Below are positions 50,153-59,403 of a DNA stretch of 64,000 nt, one piece after another. The position numbers and the translations under genes are program-made. The stretch is from an uncultured virus (IMG/VR IMGVR_UViG_2706794523_000001). Its lineage: Duplodnaviria; Heunggongvirae; Uroviricota; Caudoviricetes; Schitoviridae. Below the pieces are notes generated by a model. It had not been told where the DNA came from and ran no database searches. It saw only the letters and a program-made list of their open reading frames with translations. Every line of letters starts with the position of its first letter. Within the stretch, counting starts at the first letter, position 1. Location: positions 1 to 64,000 of the IMG/VR virus record IMGVR_UViG_2706794523_000001, one strand, 5' to 3'.

Positions 50153-52125
50153 TAGGTCAGCCCCACGCCAGAGATGCGCCAGCGAGTCGCCGAGACCTTG
50201 ATGGCCGTAGCCTGGCCGCCAGATGCAAGCGTCCGCGAACCAGTGGTGCCAGCAGCTCCAACCAAGACAAGCGTGTCCGTGGTGATCGCAATGGTGATCA
50301 CACCGGCGCCGAAGTCATTGTCGAAGGTGATAGCAGTGCCAATCGGGAAGGCCACCGCGGAGTTCGCAGGGATCGTCCAGATGCGGGCCGTGACGTCGGA
50401 CGACGGATGGTAGATGTGTTTGCCGCCGTCCGTCAGGACGAGTGTATAGGCGGCGCTCTGGGCGTTCTGGCGGATCAGCGAGGAGAGCTGGGGATCGACC
50501 GCCTGGTAGAGAGTATCGAAGTACGTCTTCAGGAATGCCTTGACCTGGGTCCAGGTCGCGTAGACCACACCGAAGGAAGCGGCGCTGTCAGAACCAGCTA
50601 CGCGATCGGCGTCAACAATCGCACCCTTGTTGGTCGCATTGATCGCAGTCGCGGTGACATTGGCGCCGGTAGCGATACCGGCCAGCTTGGTCTTTTCGGC
50701 GGCAGTGAACGCTTTGTTCGTGGTGCCGTCCGGGGTGTCATCGGCGGTAAGCGTGACCGCGCCCGTCCGGCCGGCGACCGAGAGCACGGCGTCGGTGTAG
50801 TCTTCCTTGAACCAGTTGGCCGCAAACGTCGTGGTCGACGCATTGTCGAGGATCGCGATGATACGATCGCCGTTGAGGAACGTCTGGCCGTTCACCGTGC
50901 CGCCGGTCGAGACAATGTAGGCATAGCCCGCCTGAGCAACGCCAGCGCCTGGGAAGGTGCCGGCCGAAGCGTCCCAGGCGCCTTTGAGGATCACAGCCTG
51001 GTCGAGGCCCAGGACCTTGGTCTTGATGTCATCGAGATCGACGGCGCCAGTGACCGAGATGAACCCGAGCTTGGTGTTCAGAGCAGTCGTGAAGCTGGCA
51101 GTCGTGGCAGCCAGGATGGCCGAGTAGGCTTGGACATCCGTGCCGGGAACCAAGCTGAGCAAGGTTCGCATGGCCGAGTAGTTGGCCGCCTGGAGAAGGG
51201 ACCGCGCATTGACCGTCGCATCACTGAGATCGGCGACGAGATGGGAATGGGCGACACCGGCATAGAGCGTGTCGAAGTAGGTCTTCGCCCTCGCCTTGAT
51301 CGCACCCCAGGTGGTCTTCGACAGAATATTACCGGCTTCGGTGTCGACGATCATGAACGGATCGGCGTCGGCCAGCGCAGTCTTCAGCGGAGCGCCCGAC
51401 ACGGCGCCAGCCAGGCCGCCTGTGGCGATGGCGGCGGCATCAGCGGCCGATTGCGCAGCAGCGAGCTTCGAAGCGTTGGCGTCGTTCTTGTAGCCGAGCG
51501 TCGTGGCCTTATCGGCAGCTACGGTCGCCTTGTCGGCCGCAACAGCCGTAGCGTCCGCATCGATAGCGGCGACCTGCCCTGGGATTGCAGCCACGGCAGC
51601 GGCCATGCCGGCAACGGTGTTGATGTTGGCCTGGTTGCCGGCCACCGAAGTGATGTTGGCGGCATTGGCCACCGCGGCATTGATGTTGGCGGCATTGGCG
51701 ACGGCAGCGTTGATGTTCGCCTGGTTGCCCGCCACAAGGTTGATGTTGACCGAGTTGCCGGCGACGGCAACGATGGCAGGGAGATCGGTTGCAACCGTGA
51801 CGATGTTGGCGCGGATCGCATAGACCGCGACGATCTCATCCTTGATATCCAGGATGCCCAGCAGGCCGTCGAGGTTGTCGACGATCGTCGAGATGTCGTT
51901 GAGCAGCGGGCCGATTTGCTCAAGCACCGATGCCTGGGCGGCGACGGCGGTGATCTCGGTCATCGAATTCGCGACGAAATACACCTCCGCCATATTGCCG
52001 GAGACGTGCTTCACATATTCGATGTTCTCGGCGACATGGCGCACGGTCTTGTAGGCGCTGCCGATCAGTTTATCGACGAGCTGCGCCGCATTGCCATTCG
52101 AGCCAGTGAAAGGATTGAGACTCAT
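50152..52125 (-). CDS. tail fibre/appendage protein
   Basis: N-terminal VDKLIGSAYKTVRHVAENI anchor; NIN(A/T)VA repeats; KGAWDAS and SVAGRTGAVTL fibre motifs. Confidence 0.85.
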   Translation of the reverse strand: MSLNPFTGSNGNAAQLVDKLIGSAYKTVRHVAENIEYVKHVSGNMAEVYFVANSMTEITAVAAQASVLEQIGPLLNDISTIVDNLDGLLGILDIKDEIVAVYAIRANIVTVATDLPAIVAVAGNSVNINLVAGNQANINAAVANAANINAAVANAANITSVAGNQANINTVAGMAAAVAAIPGQVAAIDADATAVAADKATVAADKATTLGYKNDANASKLAAAQSAADAAAIATGGLAGAVSGAPLKTALADADPFMIVDTEAGNILSKTTWGAIKARAKTYFDTLYAGVAHSHLVADLSDATVNARSLLQAANYSAMRTLLSLVPGTDVQAYSAILAATTASFTTALNTKLGFISVTGAVDLDDIKTKVLGLDQAVILKGAWDASAGTFPGAGVAQAGYAYIVSTGGTVNGQTFLNGDRIIAILDNASTTTFAANWFKEDYTDAVLSVAGRTGAVTLTADDTPDGTTNKAFTAAEKTKLAGIATGANVTATAINATNKGAIVDADRVAGSDSAASFGVVYATWTQVKAFLKTYFDTLYQAVDPQLSSLIRQNAQSAAYTLVLTDGGKHIYHPSSDVTARIWTIPANSAVAFPIGTAITFDNDFGAGVITIAITTDTLVLVGAAGTTGSRTLASGGQATAIKVSATRWRISGVGLT

Positions 52126-52841
52126 CAGGCGAAACCTCTGTCTTCGAGCTTGTGGTGCGACGTGGAGAAAGTCTGGTTCACCAGATCGCGCTGCTCGATG
52201 TCGAGGCAAGCCGCTTCGTAGGCGCCGAGATACTCCTGACTTTTTACAATATTTTCTTGCCCATTCATATGAGAAAATACCTTATAAGCCACAAATAATC
52301 TCAAGGGATTTTCAAGGTAAATCGGCAGCTCAATATTCTGGTCGAGCAGCGGGCTGGTCGCATTGAGCCGATCGTCGAGCTTTCGGTGGCTCGCCTGGTA
52401 GACGACAGCCAGTTCCAGGCCCCCCACTGGGGCCGGCACCTGGAGGATGTTCGGATAGGGCGTGAACAGCGACCGCGGATCTTCCTTGTCGTTGAGCGGC
52501 AGCTGGCAGCCGCTCGCGTCCCAGACCTCCAGGATCTTGATGAGATCCTCCTCATAGGGTTCGTCCGGCAGGTCCTTGATGTAGGGCCAGTCGACGTCGG
52601 AACCCGAGGTTTCCGTGTACTTCCGGATCAGGTGATAGTTGGTGATCTGGTTCGCCATCTCGATCACGAGATCCTTCTCGCTCAGGAGAAAGCGCGAGTA
52701 GAGCGCGAGCAGCGCATCATTGGCGTAATGGATCAGCTGCGGCTGCTTCTCCTCGACAATGGCCCCCGAGCCGGAGTTCGAGATCGCCAGGTTGGAGAGC
52801 TCTCCGAACGAGAGCTGACGGAACAGGTCAACGATTTTCAT
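52125..52841 (-). CDS. virion protein (N4 gp67-like adaptor)
   Basis: LSFGELSNL, ALYSRF, C-terminal KLEDRGF; synteny. Confidence 0.85.
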   Translation of the reverse strand: MKIVDLFRQLSFGELSNLAISNSGSGAIVEEKQPQLIHYANDALLALYSRFLLSEKDLVIEMANQITNYHLIRKYTETSGSDVDWPYIKDLPDEPYEEDLIKILEVWDASGCQLPLNDKEDPRSLFTPYPNILQVPAPVGGLELAVVYQASHRKLDDRLNATSPLLDQNIELPIYLENPLRLFVAYKVFSHMNGQENIVKSQEYLGAYEAACLDIEQRDLVNQTFSTSHHKLEDRGFA

Positions 52842-52878
52842 TAAAAATATCCTAGAAAACCAATATAATCAAAGGGGA

Positions 52879-54513
52879 TCAGACGACATAGGATTCGAGC
52901 GCGGAGGGCTGTTCGCCGTTATCTTCGTCCGCGTTCCAGTCAGGGCCACCGTTGTGGCCCATCATGGGCGCCTGCTCGCTTGGTTTCCATGCGTTCATGT
53001 ACATTAACATGGAAATCGTATCGATGCAGTCGTCTTTTCCTTTCAAACCATTTTTGGTTGCCATCCTGATTTGCGAATAAAAATGCCCGAGGATTTTTGA
53101 TGTTTTCATTTCCGTCGGGAAATACATCTTGCCGGCCTTGAAAAGCGGCACGACCAGGTTGAAGCGGGTGAGCTTGTTGAGCACCGGGCGGATGCCGGGG
53201 TCGCCGTTCTTTTCCGACGAGGCGAAGTTGAACCAGATGTTCCTGGTCAGCATCTCGCCCTGGAGCCACTTGATGAAGGCCTTCTGCTGGCCCGAGACTT
53301 CGACGCCGACACCCTGCGGCCGGTACTTCTGAACCAGGCGGAACAGCTCGTTGATCGACACGTCCATCGTCGTGCGCTCGCAGAAGCCGTCGACCCAGAA
53401 CCAATCGCCATTGGAGTTGTAGGCCCAGACCGAGATGACCGAGAAGTCGGCCGTCTGCTTGTCGGAGGTCGCGAAGTCCGTGGTGATATAGAAGTTGAAC
53501 TGGCTCTGGCGCTCCATCAGCTGGATGCGCGAGAACTCGCGGATCTCCTTGTCCTGGACCAGGCGCTCTTCGTCGGAGGAGATGCGCAGCATCAGCTCCT
53601 GCATGAAGCCCTCGACCTTGCCGGTCAGGACCGCGTCCTCGTACTGCTTGACGATGAAGTCGTAGGTGAAGCGATCCTCCCAGGCGCCGCGGAACTCTTC
53701 GCGCGAGCAGGGGAAGCGTTCGCACACCGGCCAGACGTTGACGTCCCAGGCGCCGGACTCTACCGCCTCGACCATGATGTCTTCGAGGTTGAAGGGCGTG
53801 CCGTTGAAGACGATCTTGCGGCGGGTCGGATCGAGCGCGTAGTTGATGCCCTTGTAGACCGTGTCCTTGATCGCCTGCATCGAGGCCTTCGACTTGGCGT
53901 CGTCGTCGGACACGAGATCGTCGAGCACCGCGAGAGGCGGCCGCTTGCCGAAGATCTTCGTTCCGCGGATGCCGGTCTTGGCGCCGAACATCTTGATGCC
54001 GAACCGGTGGCCGTCCTTGTTGGTGAACTCCAAATAGTTGTCGGTGAAGTGCGCCTCCGGCAGCCACTCCTGCAGGAACTCGCTGTTTTCGTAGCGGAAC
54101 TGGACGTTCTTGCGTGCCGACTTGACGCCGTTCTCCATCGAGTCGGAGACGTAGATCATGGCCGACAGCTTGCCGAAGCCAGGCAGGTAGCCGAACACGG
54201 CGATGAACAGGACCAGGTATTCGAAAAAGAGCGTGGTCTTGGCCGCGCCGCGAAAGCACAGGTTCGCGATCTGTTCCGATTTTGAAGTGGCCAGCTTGTC
54301 GAGCATCTTCAGATGCACCGGCGGGGTCTTGTGGCTCTCGCCCTCGGCGCCATTCACCAGCTTGATGAAGTTCATGAAGATGAGCGCGAACTGCGACGGC
54401 ACATAGGATCCGTCGCTCAGCGCCCCGTAGTCGACCTCATCCAGCCACTCGTCGAGCTTCTTCTGGACGATGACGCGATCGGACAGCTCCATCCGTGATG
54501 TCTCACTCGACAT
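52879..54513 (-). CDS. terL: terminase large subunit (N4 gp68-like)
   Basis: FRGAAKTT, VLDDL, GTPF, TTDFA, KDDCIDTISML. Confidence 0.95.
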   Translation of the reverse strand: MSSETSRMELSDRVIVQKKLDEWLDEVDYGALSDGSYVPSQFALIFMNFIKLVNGAEGESHKTPPVHLKMLDKLATSKSEQIANLCFRGAAKTTLFFEYLVLFIAVFGYLPGFGKLSAMIYVSDSMENGVKSARKNVQFRYENSEFLQEWLPEAHFTDNYLEFTNKDGHRFGIKMFGAKTGIRGTKIFGKRPPLAVLDDLVSDDDAKSKASMQAIKDTVYKGINYALDPTRRKIVFNGTPFNLEDIMVEAVESGAWDVNVWPVCERFPCSREEFRGAWEDRFTYDFIVKQYEDAVLTGKVEGFMQELMLRISSDEERLVQDKEIREFSRIQLMERQSQFNFYITTDFATSDKQTADFSVISVWAYNSNGDWFWVDGFCERTTMDVSINELFRLVQKYRPQGVGVEVSGQQKAFIKWLQGEMLTRNIWFNFASSEKNGDPGIRPVLNKLTRFNLVVPLFKAGKMYFPTEMKTSKILGHFYSQIRMATKNGLKGKDDCIDTISMLMYMNAWKPSEQAPMMGHNGGPDWNADEDNGEQPSALESYVV

Positions 54514-55303
54514 CGGTCACCTCTTCCTTGTTGACGAGGCGAGCGCCGGCGACGTCGATGGTCTTCATCTGGCCGCCCTGGATCAGGCTCTGCTGCTGGT
54601 CGGCGAGCTTCTCCAGCATCTCGCGCATGTCTTTCATGCCCGAGTTCTCGGACTGGTTGAGGTTGATCTGGAAGCCGGCCTTCATCTCGGGCTTCTTCAG
54701 ATGCGTGAGCAGTCCGATCGCCGCCTCGGCTTGGACCTTCTCGGAGTTGGCGTTCATCATCAGCGTTGCGAGCTGGTTGATCGCCTTCTGGTGGATATCC
54801 TGGTTGAGCACCCAGGTCGGAACCAGGGATTGCTCCATGATCAGGTTGACCAGCTTGCCCCGGGCAAAGGCCGACACGTAGGCCGAGATGTCTTTCTTCG
54901 AGGCGCCCTTGGCGAGCAGCGCGGAGTAGCGGGTCGGGAACGTCTTGGCGTAGGCGTCCTCGTTGTTGTGTCCCATCAGCTTGAACGACACATAGGTGAC
55001 GGCGCTGAGATAATCCTCGGTCTTGAATTTCCCTTCCTTCAGCACGGCCGTGTAGCTGATGAAGTTGTCGCGGATGTTCTCGGCGATGATCGGGTCGGCC
55101 GAGATCTGGTTGAGGGTCTGAACCAGGTTCGGGGTGACCGATGCCCGCAGGTGCGTGGGCAGCGCCCGCTTGACGTCGTCTTCCGTCAGCGGAACCAGAT
55201 TGGAGGGGACCGGCGCCGCGGGAGCGGGCGGCAATGGCGCAACAGCTGGGGCAGCCACAGGCTTGGGCGCCAGCGGCGGATTATTAAAAAGCGAGGACGT
55301 CAT
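54503..55303 (-). CDS. N4 gp69-like protein (probable terminase small subunit)
   Basis: NFISYTAVLKEGKF, YVSFKLMG, SEKVQAEAA; upstream of terL. Confidence 0.8.
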   Translation of the reverse strand: MTSSLFNNPPLAPKPVAAPAVAPLPPAPAAPVPSNLVPLTEDDVKRALPTHLRASVTPNLVQTLNQISADPIIAENIRDNFISYTAVLKEGKFKTEDYLSAVTYVSFKLMGHNNEDAYAKTFPTRYSALLAKGASKKDISAYVSAFARGKLVNLIMEQSLVPTWVLNQDIHQKAINQLATLMMNANSEKVQAEAAIGLLTHLKKPEMKAGFQINLNQSENSGMKDMREMLEKLADQQQSLIQGGQMKTIDVAGARLVNKEEVTDVE

Positions 55304-55438
55304 TTTATTTCCTTGCACGCAATTATTTTTATGGTAATCATAATAGCATATTCGTCAAGCGCGGTATTCAAAATCAATTTCTGATTATCTATTGTAATCC
55401 CCTCCGGCGTTTTGTGGGTTTCCGCCGTTGAGGGTTTA

Positions 55439-55483
55439 GAGGCCGAGAGCGTTTGTCCCCCCCGTTTGGACGCTCTCGGCCTC
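55439..55483. terminator. 14-bp inverted repeat hairpin
   Basis: GAGGCCGAGAGCGT / ACGCTCTCGGCCTC. Confidence 0.55.
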
Positions 55484-55490
55484 GTTCGTT

Positions 55491-55823
55491 TCAGGCCTCC
55501 TCCCGAGTCTTCCGCCAATCAGCCAGCTTCTCGACACTCGTGGTCGAGTTGGCCATGATGCTTTCCGGCTTGTCGTCGATCCAGACGTCGGGGATGAACC
55601 CGTCGCCGAAGTGATCGAGGAACCACTTCTTCGCGATGCCGCGGCAGTAGATGACGGGGAAGTGCTGCTCTGCTTCGATCAGCGGAGCCGTGCGGTCGAA
55701 CTCGTTGTTCCTGGCGGTGACGATGCGGACATCGTGGCCCCGACGCTTGGCCGCCCGGCCAAAGGCCTGGAACAACTCAGGATCGGCCGAGTAGGTCATG
55801 TCGTAGTCGAGTGCGATTTTCAT
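55491..55823 (-). CDS. minimal HAD-superfamily phosphatase
   Basis: IALDYDMT, VTAR, K, WIDD motifs. Confidence 0.8.
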   Translation of the reverse strand: MKIALDYDMTYSADPELFQAFGRAAKRRGHDVRIVTARNNEFDRTAPLIEAEQHFPVIYCRGIAKKWFLDHFGDGFIPDVWIDDKPESIMANSTTSVEKLADWRKTREEA

Positions 55824-55825
55824 AG

Positions 55826-56077
55826 TTAATCCTGGTGTTTGGTTACGACGACTCTGTGAGCATCGGTGTTGACGGTGCGGCCATCGCCGCGCTGGAGGCG
55901 TGTCTCGTTGTCCTCTCGGGTGGCCCGGAACTGCACCTGGCCATTCTTCCCGACGCGGAACTGCATGACGTGGACAAGGTCGCAGTCGCAGCAGCCCATG
56001 AAGTAGCGATCGGCTCGCGGCTGGACCCAACGGGACCAGCCGCTCTTGTTGGCCTTCTCCTTGCGGAAGCGGATCAC
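55826..56077 (-). CDS. small protein with CCDCxLVH (possible Zn-binding)
   Basis: GTG start overlapping the upstream stop (GTGA). Confidence 0.6.
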   Translation of the reverse strand: MIRFRKEKANKSGWSRWVQPRADRYFMGCCDCDLVHVMQFRVGKNGQVQFRATREDNETRLQRGDGRTVNTDAHRVVVTKHQD

Positions 56078-56175
56078 GACAGCCACCAAGCCATACCAGC
56101 GGCGCCGGCAATGAAGCCGACGCCCGCATAGACCCACTTCGTCGCCCAGGGGATGATCAGATCTTCGAGTCCCAT
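56074..56175 (-). CDS. 33-aa membrane peptide
   Basis: MGLEDLIIPWATKWVYAGVGFIAGAAGMAWWLS; coupled at both ends. Confidence 0.55.
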   Translation of the reverse strand: MGLEDLIIPWATKWVYAGVGFIAGAAGMAWWLS

Positions 56176-57495
56176 CAGTCCCTCGCCAGGTTCTGGAATT
56201 GCTGGGCCTGCTGCTGCGCAGCCCGCTGGCCGGACACCAGCTCAAGCGCTTCCTGGCGAGCCAGGCGCCGGGACAGATGATGCTTGTGGAGCTCCATCGC
56301 ATTGACCTGCTGGTACATATCCCGGCGGTCGACAGACGGCAGACGGTTGAAGGCGTCGGTGCGGAGGAAGGCTTCGAGCTTGTCGTAGCGCTCGGTCAGC
56401 TGCTGGAGTTNCGGCAGACGGTTGAAGGCGTCGGTGCGGAGGAAGGCTTCGAGCTTGTCGTAGCGCTCGGTCAGCTGCTGGAGTTCGAGCTTGGCCCGGA
56501 TCTGCCAGGTCTCGTCGCTGGTGTGGGTCTCGTCCTCACCGCCCTTGTTCATGAAGCGGGTCATGTCGTTCATAAGGGAGAGGAGGTTCTCGTCGAGATG
56601 ATCATCTTCGGGCAGGAGCTCCCGATAACAGCCGATTGGCTGGTCTTTGTATCGGAGCTTCATACGGAGGGATTTGCCTTCGGGACCGTCACGGAGAACG
56701 ATCTCGCCGAGCCGAGTCTCCTNATCGGAGCTTCATACGGAGGGATTTGCCTTCGGGACCGTCACGGAGAACGATCTCGCCGAGCCGAGTCTCCTTGCTC
56801 GCCTCACCGGTCCCTTCCGCGCTTGCGGCTGCCGGCTGCGCCTCTGCCGCGCGCACGGGCCGGTAGGCTCGCTCGAACACTTCCTTGGGGGACCAGGAGA
56901 TGTAGCCCTTGAAACCGGGGACATGGGGAGGGTTCTCGACGCGGTCGGTGTATTCGACAATGTAGCCTGCATCGTTGCCGTCTTCATTGGACGGCAAGGT
57001 CCATCCGCGCAGCTTGTTGTATTGCTGCCGGCTCATAGGCGTGGCGTTGATCACCTTGGTTCCGATGTAGGTCTCGAAGCCTTCCTGCGGTTCTACCAGG
57101 GCGCCACCGATCAGGCGTTGGTCGCGGGCCATCCTCGACTTGAGCTCGTAGCCCATCAGCGCCCACATCTTGGCGATGGCGTCCGACTTGGCCAGGCGCT
57201 TGCCGATCTCGGGGTTGAAGTTCTTCGGGTCGGCGCACGCGCTCTGACCCAGGACGGTGAAGCCGTTCCACAGGCGCAGCACACAGATAGTCAGGAGGCC
57301 GAGGTCCGGATCCAGTGGCAAAGGGTAAGCCGGCACGGAGCCCGTCTCGACGGCAGCATCGAGAAAGCCTGCTCGGGCGCCTTGTTCCGCACTGAAGAAG
57401 TGCTCGGAGATAATGGCTGCTTCGACGTCGGCGAGGGTAACCCGTTCGCCGCGGGCGCCGTCGATCAGCTCCTGCTCGGTGACATTCGTATTCAT
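56175..57495 (-). CDS. multi-domain protein (Gp49/66-like + YIGTK..SWSPK domain + crAss001_48-like helical domain), split by two scaffold artefacts
   Basis: ATG 57495 after AAGGA; removing 73 nt and 75 nt of duplication plus N leaves a 1173-nt continuous ORF. Confidence 0.7.
56337..56485. repeat. 74-bp duplication around N56411 (likely artefact)
   Basis: 56337-56410 equals 56412-56485. Confidence 0.9.
56651..56795. repeat. 72-bp duplication around N56723 (likely artefact)
   Basis: 56651-56722 equals 56724-56795. Confidence 0.9.
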
Positions 57496-57530
57496 GAAAG
57501 GATTGTCCTTAAACATAGAGGGAGTTGGGC

Positions 57531-57746
57531 TCAGCCGGTAATGCCGTCGGGAGCGGGCGTGATGATGTGGTAGTCGACGCTCTTCTCGCGGATCAGGATG
57601 TAGCCCTCGTCGCACTGCAGGCGCACGTAGGTGCCCTTGGCATCCCAGCTTGTGATGTTGCGCAGGTTCAGGTGGTTGCCTGACTTGAATACGACCTTGC
57701 GCTTCAGTTCGAGGACGGGAACAGCTGCCTTCAGTTTATCGCTCAT
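57531..57746 (-). CDS. small hypothetical protein
   Basis: MSDKLKAAVP..., AAGGA RBS. Confidence 0.7.
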   Translation of the reverse strand: MSDKLKAAVPVLELKRKVVFKSGNHLNLRNITSWDAKGTYVRLQCDEGYILIREKSVDYHIITPAPDGITG

Positions 57747-57838
57747 AATATTTTCCTTGCATATGTCAAAGTGGTTATCTAATAATCCGACGATAGATTG
57801 TAGACCACCATTGGGTTGATAATGCAAGGGGTATTTTT

Positions 57839-57919
57839 ATGAGCGATTATGTTCTCTATATCGGGCTCGCGATCGACGCGGCCATCCTGGCCTGGCTTAT
57901 CGTGCGGGACGTCTACTGA
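57839..57919 (+). CDS. 26-aa hydrophobic peptide
   Basis: MSDYVLYIGLAIDAAILAWLIVRDVY; AGGGG RBS; TGATG overlap. Confidence 0.5.
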   Translation: MSDYVLYIGLAIDAAILAWLIVRDVY

Positions 57920-58167
57920 TGCCCCAGATCAAGCTGCTCGACCTGACTGACGCCGAGGTCTCCGAGATTCTGGGAGAGGAGCCAGAGGAAATGACCGTGG
58001 GGCTCGACAACGGCCTGACCCTTCCGGTGACCATGATGCTGGACAAGGATGGCAACCCCACCGACATCGTGTTCGATGCAACGACGCTTCTCGCCGGCTC
58101 GGCCGCGCTCGGCTGGTACGAGATCGACGTCGCCGACGGATCCTGGTCTCGTCCTCTCCTTCACTGA
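57919..58167 (+). CDS. acidic hypothetical protein
   Basis: 82 aa; LDNGLTLP motif. Confidence 0.7.
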   Translation: MPQIKLLDLTDAEVSEILGEEPEEMTVGLDNGLTLPVTMMLDKDGNPTDIVFDATTLLAGSAALGWYEIDVADGSWSRPLLH

Positions 58168-58676
58168 GAAAACGATAGACATCTTTCAGATTGATCGAGG
58201 GTGGGGCTTTACAGGCCCCCTTCCCTTTGTTAAAGAGCGTGCTCTTTACCACCGCCCCACGGCCTACCTCTGCATCTCCCCCCTACTGTTTTCTTTAGAA
58301 AGAAAATAAGAAAGAGAGAGATACGGACGGGCGAAGCTATATGTGGGTGACCCCACTGGGACCTGGGGGACTCTGGTTCATTAAAGAGATAATCATTACC
58401 ACAATGATTTGAAAACCATTAAGGTAAATCCTCGCGCTATTTTTAAGGGGATTTAATAGATAATGATTAGCCTGTTTTCTCTGGCTCATTATCTTGGTTC
58501 CGATTTTGGCGATTATGCCGCCCATTATGCAGATAATATTATCTAGATTTTTGCAGTAGCCATTTTATCATAATGACGTTCTGGTGCTGTACATACACCG
58601 GGGGTGACCCTGTCAGATTTAAATACCCCCCCGGTCTAACACCCTCACACCCATACTCACCACCCCCTGTGTTCAT

Positions 58677-58689
58677 GGCGCTTCGCGCC
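58677..58689 (+). promoter_or_regulatory. vRNAP hairpin early promoter
   Basis: Template strand GGCGC-GAA-GCGCC: 5-bp stem, 3-nt loop, GCGAAGC core typical of N4 vRNAP promoters; precedes the first early gene. Confidence 0.8.
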
Positions 58690-58726
58690 TTCTGGATCAT
58701 TCATCCTAACATAGGAGCATACGCAT

Positions 58727-59053
58727 ATGGCTACCGTTCTCAGTGCATCTAACGCTACTGCCACGTCGATCCTGTCGACGGTGCAAACGCTGGCTCATAC
58801 TGCTCAGCGTACCATAACCACAGCTGCTGCTGGGTTGGACATGCTGGACACATACGTCGAAGACGCTCGTGTTCGTCAGGCTGATCAGTCCAAGATCAAC
58901 CGGCACAACTACCGTAAGTCGCTCATTCAGGAGTCTGCTCTGGAGCAGGCTCGCAAGGAGCATCAGCTCACACAGGAGATTGGTTCCAACCAGGTCCTGG
59001 CTAAGCTGTTTAATGACAATCATGCAGCTCTGGAGGCGCTTTTCGCCTCCTAA
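58727..59053 (+). CDS. first early protein
   Basis: 108 aa, AGGAG RBS, directly after the hairpin promoter. Confidence 0.8.
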   Translation: MATVLSASNATATSILSTVQTLAHTAQRTITTAAAGLDMLDTYVEDARVRQADQSKINRHNYRKSLIQESALEQARKEHQLTQEIGSNQVLAKLFNDNHAALEALFAS

Positions 59054-59065
59054 TGGAGCTCTAAG

Positions 59066-59087
59066 ACTCAGCGCTTCGGCGCTGGGT
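59066..59087 (+). terminator. cUUCGg hairpin after the first early gene
   Basis: ACTCAGCGC-TTCG-GCGCTGGGT; no U-tract. Confidence 0.45.
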
Positions 59088-59202
59088 CACACCATTATCT
59101 CGATAGTATATTCAAATTATCGCGGTAATCCCCAACATACTGTGACGACAGACCATCGGTTCTGGCGCATCAATCAACCACTCAAATCGCGAGGAATTCC
59201 CA

Positions 59203-59403
59203 ATGGGCCGCAAGGACCAATCCCATTCTCATGGGGCAATGCCGTTCGACTATGAAGTCGATGCGGCTGCTCAACTGCGCCATCAGGCGTTCGGATCGCA
59301 TTCGTTTCTCGATGAAGGCTTTGATGCCTTCGATCACGAGGACCAGATGCTCCAGGCAAATGGTCGGCTCAATCCCGTCTGGGAGATGAGCAATGCCCGT
59401 TAA
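59203..59403 (+). CDS. early hypothetical protein
   Basis: 66 aa, GAGGA RBS. Confidence 0.6.
   Translation: MGRKDQSHSHGAMPFDYEVDAAAQLRHQAFGSHSFLDEGFDAFDHEDQMLQANGRLNPVWEMSNAR

Noticed and set aside
56560..56640. Acb2-like segment (GCYRELLPED...LMN)
   Set aside because: Only a short resemblance; the rest of the Acb2 pattern is not evident
56337..56795. Tandem repeats suggesting a DGR, CRISPR array or attachment site
   Set aside because: Each pair is identical and separated by a single N, typical of scaffold overlap; no reverse transcriptase, cas or integrase gene in the window
59066..59087. Third vRNAP promoter
   Set aside because: 4-nt TTCG loop rather than the 3-nt GAA template loop; better read as an RNA cUUCGg hairpin
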